From assembly GCA_965112735.1 (NCBI GenBank), contig OZ218961.1, positions 3,038,001-3,102,000 on the forward strand: a stretch of DNA of 64,000 nucleotides, in the 5' to 3' direction. Positions 11,421 through 23,186 of this stretch are shown in pieces; position 1 is the first letter of the stretch; the number at the start of each line of letters is the position of its first letter. Under the pieces are notes generated by a model. It saw only the letters and a list, made by a program, of their open reading frames with translations, had not been told where the DNA came from and ran no database searches. Position numbers and translations under genes: made by a program. The DNA is from Phaeosaccion multiseriatum (Eukaryota > Protista > Ochrophyta, other classes).

Positions 11421-13693
11421 CTGAGCCTCTTGGCCAAGGTCAGCTGCCTTCGGGATTCTTTGGGGTTGTAAAGAGTCACGTTGCTCTCCACCTAGGATAG
11501 GAGTAGCCGCATGGACAAGGTAACAGCAACCCCAAAGCCAGCCTGGCAGCCAGCCTTGTCTCTATTAGCTTTATCCGTGAGCCATCCTAAACGACCAACC
11601 TGCTGGGAGGTGAGTGAGAAACGGGCCACGCACCGTTTCTCACCGTATTTGCCTGGGCCTGGGCCATTGACATAAAACTGACTTTCAACAAAACACTGCA
11701 GCGAGTGGGACAACACCCAGGCGGCCACCCTCGTCCTCCTCCAATGCCTCCCAGCCAGGCTCACACACCTGGCGAGAGCCATTGACCCCTCCATCTTCCG
11801 ACGCGCCCTCGGCAGCAGGGCAGACCGCACCAACAGGGCGACACTGGCCCACATCATGCGACTCCCCGATGCCCCCCCTCTGGAGCAGGCCGCAGATGCA
11901 CAAGAGGAGCCATGAACGGAGACACAGCGCCTACAAATGCATACGGCACGGCGCTCCGGCGGCCTCGGCCTCACCAGCCTCCATGACATCGCCCCAGCAG
12001 CATACCTTGGCAACAAGATGCTCACCCTCCCCCCCCTGCTCAGCCGCACCGCACGCCGGGAAGGCTCCCAAGAGAGCGCCCTACCGGACCAGCTGTTCAC
12101 CAACGGAGCCCTCAAGAGCGTCGCCGACAGCGTCAACCTCCTGCACGAGGAGGGGGTCCCTGAGGCCCCCCTCATCCAAGCAGTGGGTCAGGCACAGTTC
12201 GACGAGGCCCGCTCACGCGTACTCGAGCCGCCTGACCACCAAGCCCAAGACACAGCGCGACGCAACGTGCGCAGGAGCCATCAGGCAGGCCGTCAACCGA
12301 CCCACGGCGTCCAGAAGGCCCTCACCACCTTCATCCACAAACGCCGCCATGAGGAGCTGACGCAGAGCATCGCCACCATCGACGTCACACCGGCAGAGGC
12401 ACAGAGGGGAGAGGAGACACAGGAAATGGCAACAGCCCGACTCCACTCACAGCGAGGAAGGGGCGCCATGGCCTTCCTCGGAGCGCTCCCCCACGGCCAC
12501 AACACCATGGCCCCCGCAGAATGGACCATGGCCCTTCGTCGCAACCTCGGTGTCAACACGCCATACGCGGACCCGCCCCCACCCTGCCTCGGCACAGGCT
12601 GCGCCCGCACGGCAAGCACCACCCACGCCACCATCTGCCCCCGCACCGGCCTCCACAACCACACACACCACCTCCTCGTCAAGGCCTTCGGGAGGATGAT
12701 GCACAGCGTGGGCATTGGAGGAGCACGCGTAGAGGACCAGACCTGCTTCGACGGCCCCACGGGCACCCGAGCAGGCCGAGACCTACGCATGGATCTGACC
12801 TATCCCGCAGGTAGCTTCCCGGGAGCGGACGCACCCCTGCGGAGAAACCTCCTCTGCGACATCACCGTCACCAACCCCACCGCCCCCACCCACGTGGGAC
12901 GGGCCTCCACCACGCCAGGCCACGCAGCAGCCGCCGCCGAAGAGCGCAAGCGCACGCACTACCTGGGCAGTTTTCTGCCCGGGACTTCAACCCTCAAGTG
13001 CATTGCGATCGAGACGTACGGCAGACTGGGCCACCAAACGGACGAGCTCATCGAGGCGATGGCCATCCACAAGGCATCAAGAGGGCTCGGCCCCGCAGCG
13101 GCGGCAGCCACGGGCCCCATCAAGGGCCTCCTGCGCCAACAACTGTCCCTCGCCCTTCAACGCGCCCTCTCACAGCGGGAGATCAGGTATGGCACCCTCC
13201 TTCGAGCCACGATGACGCAGCACGAAGCAGCAGAAACCCTCGACTGGGGGCTCATGGGAGCCATCGACGGAGCGGCCGCCTGAGGAGCAGGAGTACACCA
13301 GCCAGCAGACAGCGAGACCATCAGCACACAGCATAGCAACCACAGTTAGTCACGCCTTGTCACCCGCACCACCCACAGTAGGATAGTTCACATATCACCT
13401 CCACCACCTCACTCCTTCCCACACCCCTTCATCTCCTCCTCCCCCCCTCACTCCCTTCCCATTCCCCATTATCCTCTACTCTACCACCCTTACCATCCTC
13501 TTCCCCTCCACATCACGCTCCATCAATACCACACATACACGCATCTACACATGGTTACAACTTACCTCGAGCGCACCAATACTGAGCCCATAAGCTCTAA
13601 TATACATGTCGATATCAAATGTGTATCAAATTGGATGGCACTCTACGAGAGCTTGTTTGTCCCGCCACATCAAAAGCGCAATGAAAGCTTAAA

Positions 13694-16355
13694 ATGCTGC
13701 GGCTGCTGGTTCTCCTGGTGGTCCAGGTGGGCGGGCTGGCCTTCCACGTCTGCCCTCGTCAGCTTCAGACGAGGCTGGCGCGGCAGCATGGCCCAGCCGG
13801 ACGAAGACTGAGATTTCCCACCAACACACACCGCGCTACTCCTGAAGTCGCTGCTTCGTCCACAGAGACTACGAGTACCACCACGACTCCTCCTGTAAGC
13901 AGAAGCGGCAACGATCGGAGTACGGGAGAGGAGCCACAGGAAGCCGTGATCAACTTGGGTCGCACCACGATTATAGGTGCCTCCACGACGAGCGACTCAT
14001 CTGATCCTGCATCTGATCCTGCTGTGCCATTCGAGACTCTTGGAATCCGTGATTCCCTGCTTCTACGGACAGTGCTGCCTGCCCTGGCCGGGGCGGTGCT
14101 GAAGGCCACCCCCAAGGACTTCATTGTCGTCGAGCTGCCTCTCTTTGACCAAGACAATGTGGGGCCCAAAATTACCCCTCCGTCCCTGGATACGCCTTTA
14201 GCCCCTGAGGTACGATGTGATTCTGATGATGGTCCGCTGTATGAAAGTGATGATCCGTTGTACGTATCGTCCTGCCTGTCGGAGGTGCACCTTTCGTGAA
14301 TGGCAGGGTGCCTAGCCGTTCGATCGATTCCGCCCCCCAAAGCCCTCCTTCCACGTGCCGGGACCTGAGACCTCTCTCTTTGTAGCAAAACCATTTCTAA
14401 ACCTCTCTCTCTCTCTGTGTGTGTGTGTGCTCATGTGTGTGTCTACCTCCTCTCTCTCTGTCTGTCTCTACGTCCTCTCTCTCCCTATCTCTCTCCCTCT
14501 CTCTCTCCGCGTACCTTCACAGCTGCTGAATCCCCAATACAGCGAGCTGCCCCCGCACGACGAACTTAAGCGGGAGATCGACGGGTGGCGGCAACAAGGA
14601 CAGAAAGAGGGGGTAGGGGAGGAGGTTTCTGGTGGAGACAATCAGAAAGATCTGGCGAGCTGCTTTGACGCTCTGGTTGCAGGCTTCGGTAGGGACGGCG
14701 TGTACAAACTACAGGACTGGCTGGTGCAGCTGGCCTGGCAACAGGAGAATATGGAGAGCCCGGAAGCTGCCTTGAAGAGGCAAGTTGCAGAAGCAGCGAC
14801 AGCGGCGGCAGAGGTAGCACCCGTAGTGGAGGAAGAGGGAATCGCAGAAGCAGCTTCGGCAGCGAAAGGCGAAGGCCAGGAGGCTGGGAAGAGACAGGTG
14901 AAGAAGAAGAAGAAGAAGAAGAAGAAGAAGACGAGGAAAGAGAGGGGGGAGAAGATAACATTGCGATGCGTGCCCGGCCTCTCCAAAGCGGAACGAACAG
15001 AGATTCACCATCTTTTTCGAGCAGGGCCGCTTGACTTTCTTGAGACTCGGACAAAGATTTTGCCGCCAATCATGGGAGCTGCTACCGCGACACCATCAGT
15101 GACCTCAGGGGGGGTTGTAGTACCCTCTGAGTCGGGCGTTGAAGAGACGGAGGGGGGGGCGTTGAAGGAAGAAGGGGCGAATAAGGGAACAGCCCCAACA
15201 CAGGACCAGAACGTTTTCTTCGACATTACCTTCGAACCCGCTGTGGACAAGCGCCGGGGCTGGGCATGGAAAGAGGCAGAGCACCTCCAATTCTCTCTGT
15301 TCAAGAGAGATGCGGGCACAGTGGTTGCTGCTGACGTGCTTGCAAGGGTCCTCGGCGTGGAGTCGAAGCGTCTCAGCTTTGCAGGGCAGAAGGTGCGCCG
15401 AATCGGAATGGGAATCGAATTGGGAATCGGAATCGGAGTCGGAGTGGGAATATCTGTTTGTTGTTCCCCCTTTGTACCGCTCTTCCCCTTTTTTGTTGTC
15501 TTCCCTCCCTCCCTTGCTCCATTCCTCTCGCCCTCCCTACACCACACGGGATCTCTCCCATCTGCTTCACCTCTCTCCTTCCCTCCCCAACCCCCCCTGG
15601 TCATTCATTGACTTAGGATCGACGCGCACTGACGGCCCAGACCTTCCGTTGCTGGCGCTTGTACGCCGAAGATCTCCACGCTGCGAGGGCCTCAGGCCAA
15701 CTGCAGGAGGAAGGCCTCTCCGTGTCCGACATGTCGTACGAGAGCGGCCCTTTGCACTTGGGGGAGCTTGCTGGGAACCACTTCGAGATCACGCTGCGGG
15801 TGCCCGATGGGGACAGGCTGCGAGAGGAGGGGTCAGATGGAGAGAAAGTCAAGGCCTGGGAAGACGCAATGCTCACGCTGAGTAGGGAAGTAAGTGTGTG
15901 TGTGTGTGTGTGCTGACGGAGATGGCAATGGAAGGCACCTTTCACAGAGCACCTAGTATGCGTGGGCGGGCACCAGGTCTCAAGGAACCGTCTCTACATG
16001 TTACCAAAAGCCCTGGGCATTCAGTACCTTGGGGAAGATATATTTATGGCGTTTCACGGTCTAATCCTCCCCCCGTCCTTTTCGCCTTTGCTTCATTCTT
16101 CCAATCAAAGGGTTTCCCCAACTTCTTTGGGCCGCAGCGCTTTGGTTTCAACGCAAATAACCCAAAGATGGGCCTTCTCATGCTGCGAGGGCAGCGCATG
16201 GACGCCATCAAGTTTCTCGCGAGGACCACTGGTGGAAATCCCAACGTTGTCGAGGGACAGGAGGCGGTGTTCACGGCCATGGAGAAACGCGCGGAGGCCA
16301 AGGCGAAGAGAAAGGCAGCAGGGGGGGACGAAGGGGGGGAGGAAGGTGGTGATGA

Positions 16356-16389
<34 letters not shown>

Positions 16390-16934
16390 GAAGACAAGAG
16401 CAGGAAGGGGGGAGCAGAGGGAGAGGGGGAGGAAGGGGAAGGGGAGGAGCAAGAAGAGCTGAATATCAGAGAGGCGGCTCTGGCAGTAGTGGATCTGCTC
16501 GACAGCAGAGACTCCACCAGAAGAGCCATCTTTGGTTCGTTGGCCAAGTCCAACGGTACCAACCTGCAGGGCGCGTTGGACAGCCTCCCTGCCCAGACAT
16601 CCACCTTTTATCGTAACGTAAGTGTTACGTAAGCGTTTGAGGGAGGCACCAACTAGACCGCTGCTAGAGAACTTGAGTGTGTCCTGACCTATGCTGAGCT
16701 GACTCACACACTCTCTTACATACTTACTGACTTACTACCGTGCTTGCTTGCTTACGTTTGCACTTACGTAATTGCGCGTGCGTGTTGTTGTGGTGGGGAG
16801 GGGTGTGAGTCTTCTCCTCGTGACGCTCCCTTGCAAGCTTCCTACCCACCGCATTTATCGCAAGATCTGATCACCTTCCACCTGCAAGAATCTGATATGA
16901 TCTCTCTCTCTGTCTCTCCCTCTGTCTCTCTCTC

Positions 16935-16965
<31 letters not shown>

Positions 16966-17999
16966 CCCCCTTTCTCGCTCTATCTCTCTCTGTGTGTCTG
17001 TTTTCCTCTCTCGCAATCCTCCGCACACAGTCGTACCAAAGCCTTCATTGGAACGCCGCAGTCAGTGAGCGGCTCTCCTTGAACCGGGTGGGAGTGATTG
17101 AGGGTGAGATGTGACAGAGGCTACCCACCTTCATGCCGGCCCACTTGGGAAAATAGTGAATGGTGTATACGTCTTTCTTTCTTCTTCGTGCTTCTCCGCC
17201 ACGACCACCAGAACCTCCCTGACCGTTACTTGACCGTTACTTGACCGTTACTGCTACCCATCCTCCTTATTGCTCCCACGACCTCTCCCGTCCTCTTTTT
17301 CTTCTTTCTGTCTCCTCCCCCTCTCCCCCTCTCTGCTTCTCTGTTCCTTCTCCTCTCCCCCCCCCCCCTCTCTCTCCCTCTCCTTCTCCATGCGTGTCTG
17401 CCCAAAGGTGACGTGGTCCTCCTCAGCGTGGGGGGGGAGCCCCTGACGAACTGGAAAGCTCAGCAAGAGAGGCCACCAGTCAGCGACGACGATGAGGTAA
17501 CTTGTTGGACTTCGACCGACAACTGTGATTTGGTTGGTGGCAGATACTGCGCCCTGTCTCCTTCCAGCGTCTCTATAGGGCCCGTATACACAAGTGCTGA
17601 CGGATTATCGCTTCGATGTGCAGCCCATCCCTGCGCCCTGCCCTTGTTTGCTTGCCCCATGTGATTTGGCACGCCTGAACAGAAACCTCGTCCTCCGCGC
17701 CGACGCAAGAAGACAAAGAAGAGTGAGAGTTGGAATGATAGCATTTCAAAATTTTCAATTCCTTACATTCTCTCCAAGGAGGACGTGGAGAGCGGGCGGT
17801 TTTCCCTGGAGCATGTGGTGATGCCGCTGGTGGGGTCCAAGACGGTTTTCCCCACACATAGCGTAGGGAAGCTCATGGTGGACCGGTTTCAAGAAGACGG
17901 GGTATACGATGCTCTGAAGAAAGACTCGAGTGGCGTGTATCGGCATGTCATCACCAAGCCGGTGGGCCTGAGCGTGAGCGTGGGGGTGCGAGAGAAGGA

Positions 18000-18048
<49 letters not shown>

Positions 18049-18546
18049 GGGGGGGGGGCTCTCTTCAGCGTGGAAGGGGACTCGACTGCCATGGACGAAG
18101 GGGCCTGTGTGCTGGACAAGTTGCAGGCCTTTGACGCCGCCAAAGGGGTGGTGTCCTGGCTTCGCAACGACTTTGAAGACCATTTGGATGCACCATCACG
18201 GCTTGACAGTGGCGAAGGAGGAGGAGGAGGAGGACGAGGAGGACGAGGAGGGGAAAGACCTTCTGATTCTGATCCGACGGTTACGGACAGTCAGGCGGAA
18301 GCTGTGGCCGAGACGGGTGTGGTACGCTTCTCGTTCAGCCTCCCGAAATCCTCTTACGCGACCCAGCTCTTGGCTTGCCTCACAGGCCCGGAGGCCAATA
18401 GCGTTTCCTTCCTGCCCATGAGCCTCGGCAGCGAAGTGGAGGCGGAGGTGGAGGACGAAGAGATGAGGGAAGGGGGGGAGGACGAGGAGGAGGAGGAGGA
18501 GGACGAGGAGGAGGACGAGGAGGACGAGCCCAATTGGGAGGGCTGA
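13694..18546 (+). CDS. tRNA pseudouridine synthase of the TruD/PUS7 family, ~7 exons, probable plastid-targeting presequence
   Basis: The catalytic motif FAGQK|DRRALTAQ is assembled across the GT-AG intron 15393-15616. Also LGELAGNHFEITLR, GFPNFFGPQRFG, SYQSLHWN, VVMPLVG and FSLPKSSYAT. Exons ~13694-14209, 14523-15392, 15617-15889, 16111-16617, 17031-17103, 17408-17496, 17779-18546. Confidence 0.9.
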
Positions 18547-18685
18547 CGCTGACTGAAGAGAGCCGATTCGAGCGGGTCGGAGGGGCCAGCAAGGGCCGAG
18601 CGAGGACCAAGCGAGGAGGAGGAGGGAGGACCATGGTTGTTTCCGGGATGATGTGCGTGATTAGTCGCTTCGCTTCCCTTGGACG

Positions 18686-20455
18686 TCAGTCACATGACGT
18701 CACGTCTGCCTTCCTTCCTCCTTGTCGAGCATCATCAGAGGAGGGCCGACTCTCTGTGCGGAAGAGGGAGAGAGAGCAAGTGAGAGAGAGGCATACGCTT
18801 CGACACCCACTCACTTCTTCTCTGGAAGAGTCGAAGAGAGCCTCCGGTGTGTGGGAGGTCCCCTCGAGCTTCTGCTGTAAAATAATACTTGCCTGCCACA
18901 GCGGCCAAACAACACCAAACAAGAGCGACAAGAGTGCAATTTTTTGTAATTAACAAATGGCGGCAAATTCAACCAGTACTCTCCTGGCAAAGGGGAGAGA
19001 GAGAAAGAAACGGCGCACCTGTCTAAAGGCGTGTACATGGGGGAGGAAAGGAGAGAGCGGTGGTAGTGGCTCACCCCCTTGAGCTGATTCGATGGCTCCA
19101 TCATGCGTGTTCAGCTTTGGCACGCAAAAGGTGAGAGACAGGAACATGTGAGACAACGCGAGAAGAATTCTTACGCGAACTTGCTTTACTCCCACAAGGT
19201 CGCGGGCGGTGCATTCGTGCAAGACAGCACCAGCGCGGTTCCCTCTCTCAAGGTGCTTTGCCTTCAGGTCCTTTCTCTTCATGTGAACGCGCTCAGCGAC
19301 CTTGGAATGATGACGACGGAGTGCTTCTTGGTGAGTTAGAGGCGAGGCGAGTGAGTGGGTGGCTGAGTGAGTGAGTGAGTGAGTGAGTGAGTGAGTGAGT
19401 GAGTGAGTGAGTGAGTGAGTGAGTGAGTGAGAGAGCGAGTGAGTGAGTAGCTGAGTGAGCGAGTCGGTCAGGGGGTGGCTGAGTGATTGAGTGAGAGAGC
19501 GAGAGAGTGAGTGAGCGAGTGGGTGAGAGGATGGCTGAGTGAGTGAGTGAGAGAGCGAGCGAGTGAGTGGCTGAGTAAGCGAGTGAGTGAGTGAGTGAGT
19601 AAGTGAGGGAGAGAGCGAGTGAGGAGTTTGTGAGTGAGCGAGGAAAGGCCAACCCGAGAGAGTGCACTCCAGCAAGAGGGAGCCCGGAATACTTGGAGCG
19701 GCGCTTTCCCTATATTCGGCTGGAGCCCGCGATACTTTCCTCTGTCTCTCTCTCTGTCTCTGTCTCTCATCTCTCCTTCTCTCCCTCTCTGGTCGGCCCC
19801 TCACACTCTCTCTCTTATCTGGATGCCCCCTCCCCCTCTCCTCCCAGCGTATCTCACACCACACTGCCCCCCCCCCCCCCTCCCCCCGCGCTGCCACTCC
19901 TTTCATCGTGGGAAGGATATCCTGGAGAGAGGGAGGCGCAGAATCACCCCTGAGAAAGTGGCAGCCTTGGAGGAAGCCAATCCGGTGCGTACGTAGGATT
20001 ACGCGCATTTGTCTGTGAAAGCGCTTCACAGCCACACGCCCAAAAGCATCGCCCCTGTCACATTTGTTTGCCTCTTCCCCACCCCGACCAGCCAGATTCA
20101 ATGTCAGTGTACACGTCGTTCCACCTGCCCTGATGGACGCAAGCTGCCTTTTCTTTTTCTCCTTACTTATCCTTACTTATCATGACTGATGGTCGTCTAT
20201 GCACACACATACACAGCACCTTGTGTGCAAGGAGACCGACGAAGCCTACTGGAGGCCTGCCGTAGGTAAGGGAGGGCCCCTAGGAGAGGAGAAGTGAAAT
20301 TGAAAACTGAAACTGAGAGCATTGAAATCAAGTCCGCTCGTTCTCTCCTCACGTGACTGAGATGATCGTTTGTGCGTGGGTTAGTCGATTCCACCCTAAC
20401 GTACTCCTCTCGTCATCCTCCCCCCCCCCACCGTTCTCCGTAAGAGCGAAACATG
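18686..20455 (-). CDS. Probable multi-exon gene of unknown function
   Basis: Several non-repetitive blocks bounded by AG/GT on the minus strand, with a (TCAC)n tract before an acceptor at ~19330. No recognisable domain, and start, stop and frames are uncertain. Confidence 0.3.
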
Positions 20456-20578
20456 TTTCGCCGTCTCGTGGCAGAGCCCTTTCCTCTTACCGTCGCAAGA
20501 CTGAAGAAAGACAAACGCACCCTACTGGAGTATATCCAGCGAAGTCGCAGCAGCGAAGACAGCAGTGTCAGGGGCACC

Positions 20579-20619
<41 letters not shown>

Positions 20620-21748
20620 CGGAAAGAAAGGGGGAGGGGGGGACAGAGCGGGCAAGGTGAAGGATGAATGTGCGATACATGGAGACGAGGAGCAGCTGAA
20701 TCGCGTGAGAGGCATTCTGAAGGCCCTTGATGAGATCCCAATGTCCATGGCAGCGCTCCAAGCTGCCGCGATTGGCAAGGCAGTGAACAAGCTTCGCAAG
20801 CATGGCGACCGTAACATCGCCGCTGCTGCCATGGCCTTGGTGAGCAAGTGGAGAAAGGTGGTCCAGTGGGCAGAAGAAGCGGCTCTGCTTCCCGCTGGCG
20901 TACCGCCGACGAACAGCAGTGGCAAAGCCCCCACCCCCGAGGAGAAGGGCCAGAGGGACTTGGTAGAGCGGCAGCGGCAGATTGAGGGAGGGCAGACATG
21001 CTCCACCTGGAGAGAGCTCCACCTTTACTTTCAGGAGCTGGACAGGCAGAAGAAGGACAAGTTCAGCGAAAGGGTCAAGGCAATACGCGGCCAGCAGGAG
21101 AAGGCTCGAAAGAGGGGCGAGGTATTATCGATTTCGTCGGTTTCAAGATCGGCTTCTCAGTCGTCGTCCAAGAGGTGAGAGCGGTGCCATTTGTGAATTG
21201 TGGTGTGTGCTGGAGGGAGTGGAATACGTGGATGCGACACCGCGGGGCCCATACATTCACATTATCGCTTGGTTATCCTCGTTACCAGGGGGGGGGGGGG
21301 GGAGTGGAGTGCTCCTGGCGGTATTGGCGGACGCGTTCTCGTGGCTTCCCCTCTACTTTCCACTCTTTCCGATCCCTCTTACAGTTGATGTCATATCATT
21401 TTCACCCCCTCTGTCCCTCCCTCTCCCTCCCTCCCTCCCTCCCTTGCCGCCCTCCCCCTTCCTTCCCTCCCTCCCTCCCTCCCTCCCACCCACCCTCCTT
21501 CCCACCCTCCCTCCCCTCCCTCCCTCCCTCGCTCCCTCCCTCCTTCCCTTCCTCCCCACCCCTGCAGGCAAAAAGTGCAACGCAACACTCCACCACCGCC
21601 GACGAAGAAGCCCCCGGCCGGAGCCGCTCTCATTCAGCGATACTTGGCCCGACCAGACAAGTCCTCGTCGTCCAAGGCAGGCTTTTCCAGAGTCGACGCT
21701 TTTATGGGTAAGGGCAGCAGGGGTAAGAGAAAGAGAGGCCCCAGCTAA
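20453..21748 (+). CDS. TFIIS N-terminal domain protein, Elongin A-like (2 exons)
   Basis: LKAL...MSMAALQAAAIGKAVNKLRKH...LVSKWRKVV (TFIIS-N/LW domain), followed by TWRELH...coiled-coil resembling the Elongin A motif. Intron ~21175-21567; TAA at 21746-21748. Confidence 0.75.
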
Positions 21749-21850
21749 GGCACAGCTAAGGCACAGCTAAGGCACAGCTAAGCGACAGCTTAGGGACAGC
21801 TAAAGGGCAGCTAAGGTTCAGCTAAGGGACAGCTGAGGGACAGTTAAAGG
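21741..21850. repeat. Degenerate 11-bp tandem repeat (GCACAGCTAAG) starting at the stop codon
   Basis: About 9-10 imperfect copies are visible. Confidence 0.7.
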
Positions 21851-22560
21851 GGTCGCCGTGGTCAGGTCCTTGAGGCGATTTGACGCCTGAGGCCGGCGAG
21901 GGTCGTCGAAACATACAGTTCCACCGTTCCCCCATATCTACAAGTAAATGTGTATAGTAGGAGCTCTCTCCGCTTTTAGAATTACTTTAATTGTGCTCAT
22001 TCCCGCCTGTCTGTTGTGGACAGTCTGAGTGGCCCATGTCAATACATAGACACATACTTTAAAGTAAGACACAGCACTAAAGAGGTACTTTCCATGTTGT
22101 GTGTCTATGAGTGAAACTTCTGTTCTTTTGAAAGACACATGTGGAATGATTCTCTCCGCTGCCCATACGCTGCTACCACAGAGCACATCAGATTCTCTCA
22201 CGAGCCGTAAGACCGATAGACCTTCTACTCTTCTCTCATGAGCACAACATCTACACGCTTTCTACTTTTTTACACCGCCATGTACGGCATGACGAATTAA
22301 CCCCCCTCGGCCCTGGACAGGAGTACTGCGGTACAGCTGTCGCCCGGCCATCAAGGCTTGAAACTGAAATCGAGGTCGATTTCCCCTCTCTATTTAGCTT
22401 ATCGACGTCGATTTTCAGTGAAGAAACTCAGCTCTGCGAAACGCTCGCACCTCACAACCCTCGGCCCTCTCCTCCGCGAGGCAGAGACTTGCTAATCAAG
22501 AAGCCACGGACGAAACGGAGAGGGCGGTTGAGGCAGTATCGAGAGGGAGGGATTCCTCTC

Positions 22561-22682
22561 TCAAACATCAACCGAAGCAAAGATGTCCTCCACCCTCTCC
22601 GTACCTTCCCTCTCCTCAGACTCGTGTCCTCCTCGCTCGTCGGTGTCACGCGGAGTGTCAGCGTTTGTTGCTGGATCGCCGC

Positions 22683-22713
<31 letters not shown>

Positions 22714-23088
22714 ATTTAGTTGTGGGATTTGCCGGGTCGAGCCCACATTGGTGAGAACTGCAATCAGGCTCTCTATTTTCCTGTCGAGGTCGTCCAATCT
22801 CCTGTCCATGTGCGCATGTACTTCTCCTCCGCCACCACCTCCTCCCCCTCCTCCTCCGCCTCCTCCCCCTCCCCCCCCTCCTCCTGCTCGAGGATCGGTA
22901 CTGCCCTTTGGGCTTGGACTAATGTACGCAGATGACGAGGAAAGATGCCCTTGTCCGAAATCAGGTATGCCTCGGTCGAGTTGACTTAGACGGTCCAATG
23001 CTGACTTAACCACTGACTTGTTCTTCCACATCTGTGCGGAAACACGGGATGGAAGGGAAGGGAAGGAAGGAAGGAAGGAAGGAAGGAA

Positions 23089-23186
<98 letters not shown>

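Larger units (their letters stand above)
7446..11690 (-). mobile_element. Non-autonomous tandem LTR element (LTR-int-LTR-int-LTR; TRIM-like), 4-bp TSD AAAC
   Basis: Three ~224-230-bp direct repeats TGTAAAG...TTCAACA at 7446-7669, 8931-9160 and 11467-11690. AAAC at 7442-7445 and 11691-11694. No recognisable gag/pol. Minus orientation is inferred from PBS/PPT candidates. Confidence 0.88.
305..13283 (+). pseudogene. Interrupted retrotransposon polyprotein (~2,100 aa once reconstituted): C2H2-like ZnF, 2 RING-like fingers, RT, CCHC, RLE endonuclease
   Basis: Removing 1438-3784 gives in-frame ...LPDVQAI|VERYGH...; removing 7446-11694 gives in-frame ...YLQLAK|HCSEWD.... One frameshift remains near the C-run at ~6512-6516 and one in-frame TGA at 11913-11915. 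Motifs: GQGADG, KARPV, HDITKAY, GVNQGAPEGP, YADD, SGGLGL, C-x4-C-x7-H-x3-C, RMD...CDITV...AEERKRTHY...IETYGRLG. Confidence 0.88.
258..13606 (+). mobile_element. Full-length RLE-type (CRE-like) non-LTR retrotransposon carrying two nested insertions
   Basis: Direct repeat TGTCGATATCA at 247-257 and 13607-13617 (11-bp TSD). Encodes RT with AYADD (~7126-7140), a CCHC knuckle and a PD-D-K-like endonuclease. 47-nt 5' UTR before the ATG at 305; CT-rich 3' UTR with no poly(A). Confidence 0.88.

Noticed and set aside
8037-11491. Numerous ORFs across the 113-bp array
   Set aside because: They are products of a non-triplet tandem repeat cycling through frames, with no gag/pol motifs.
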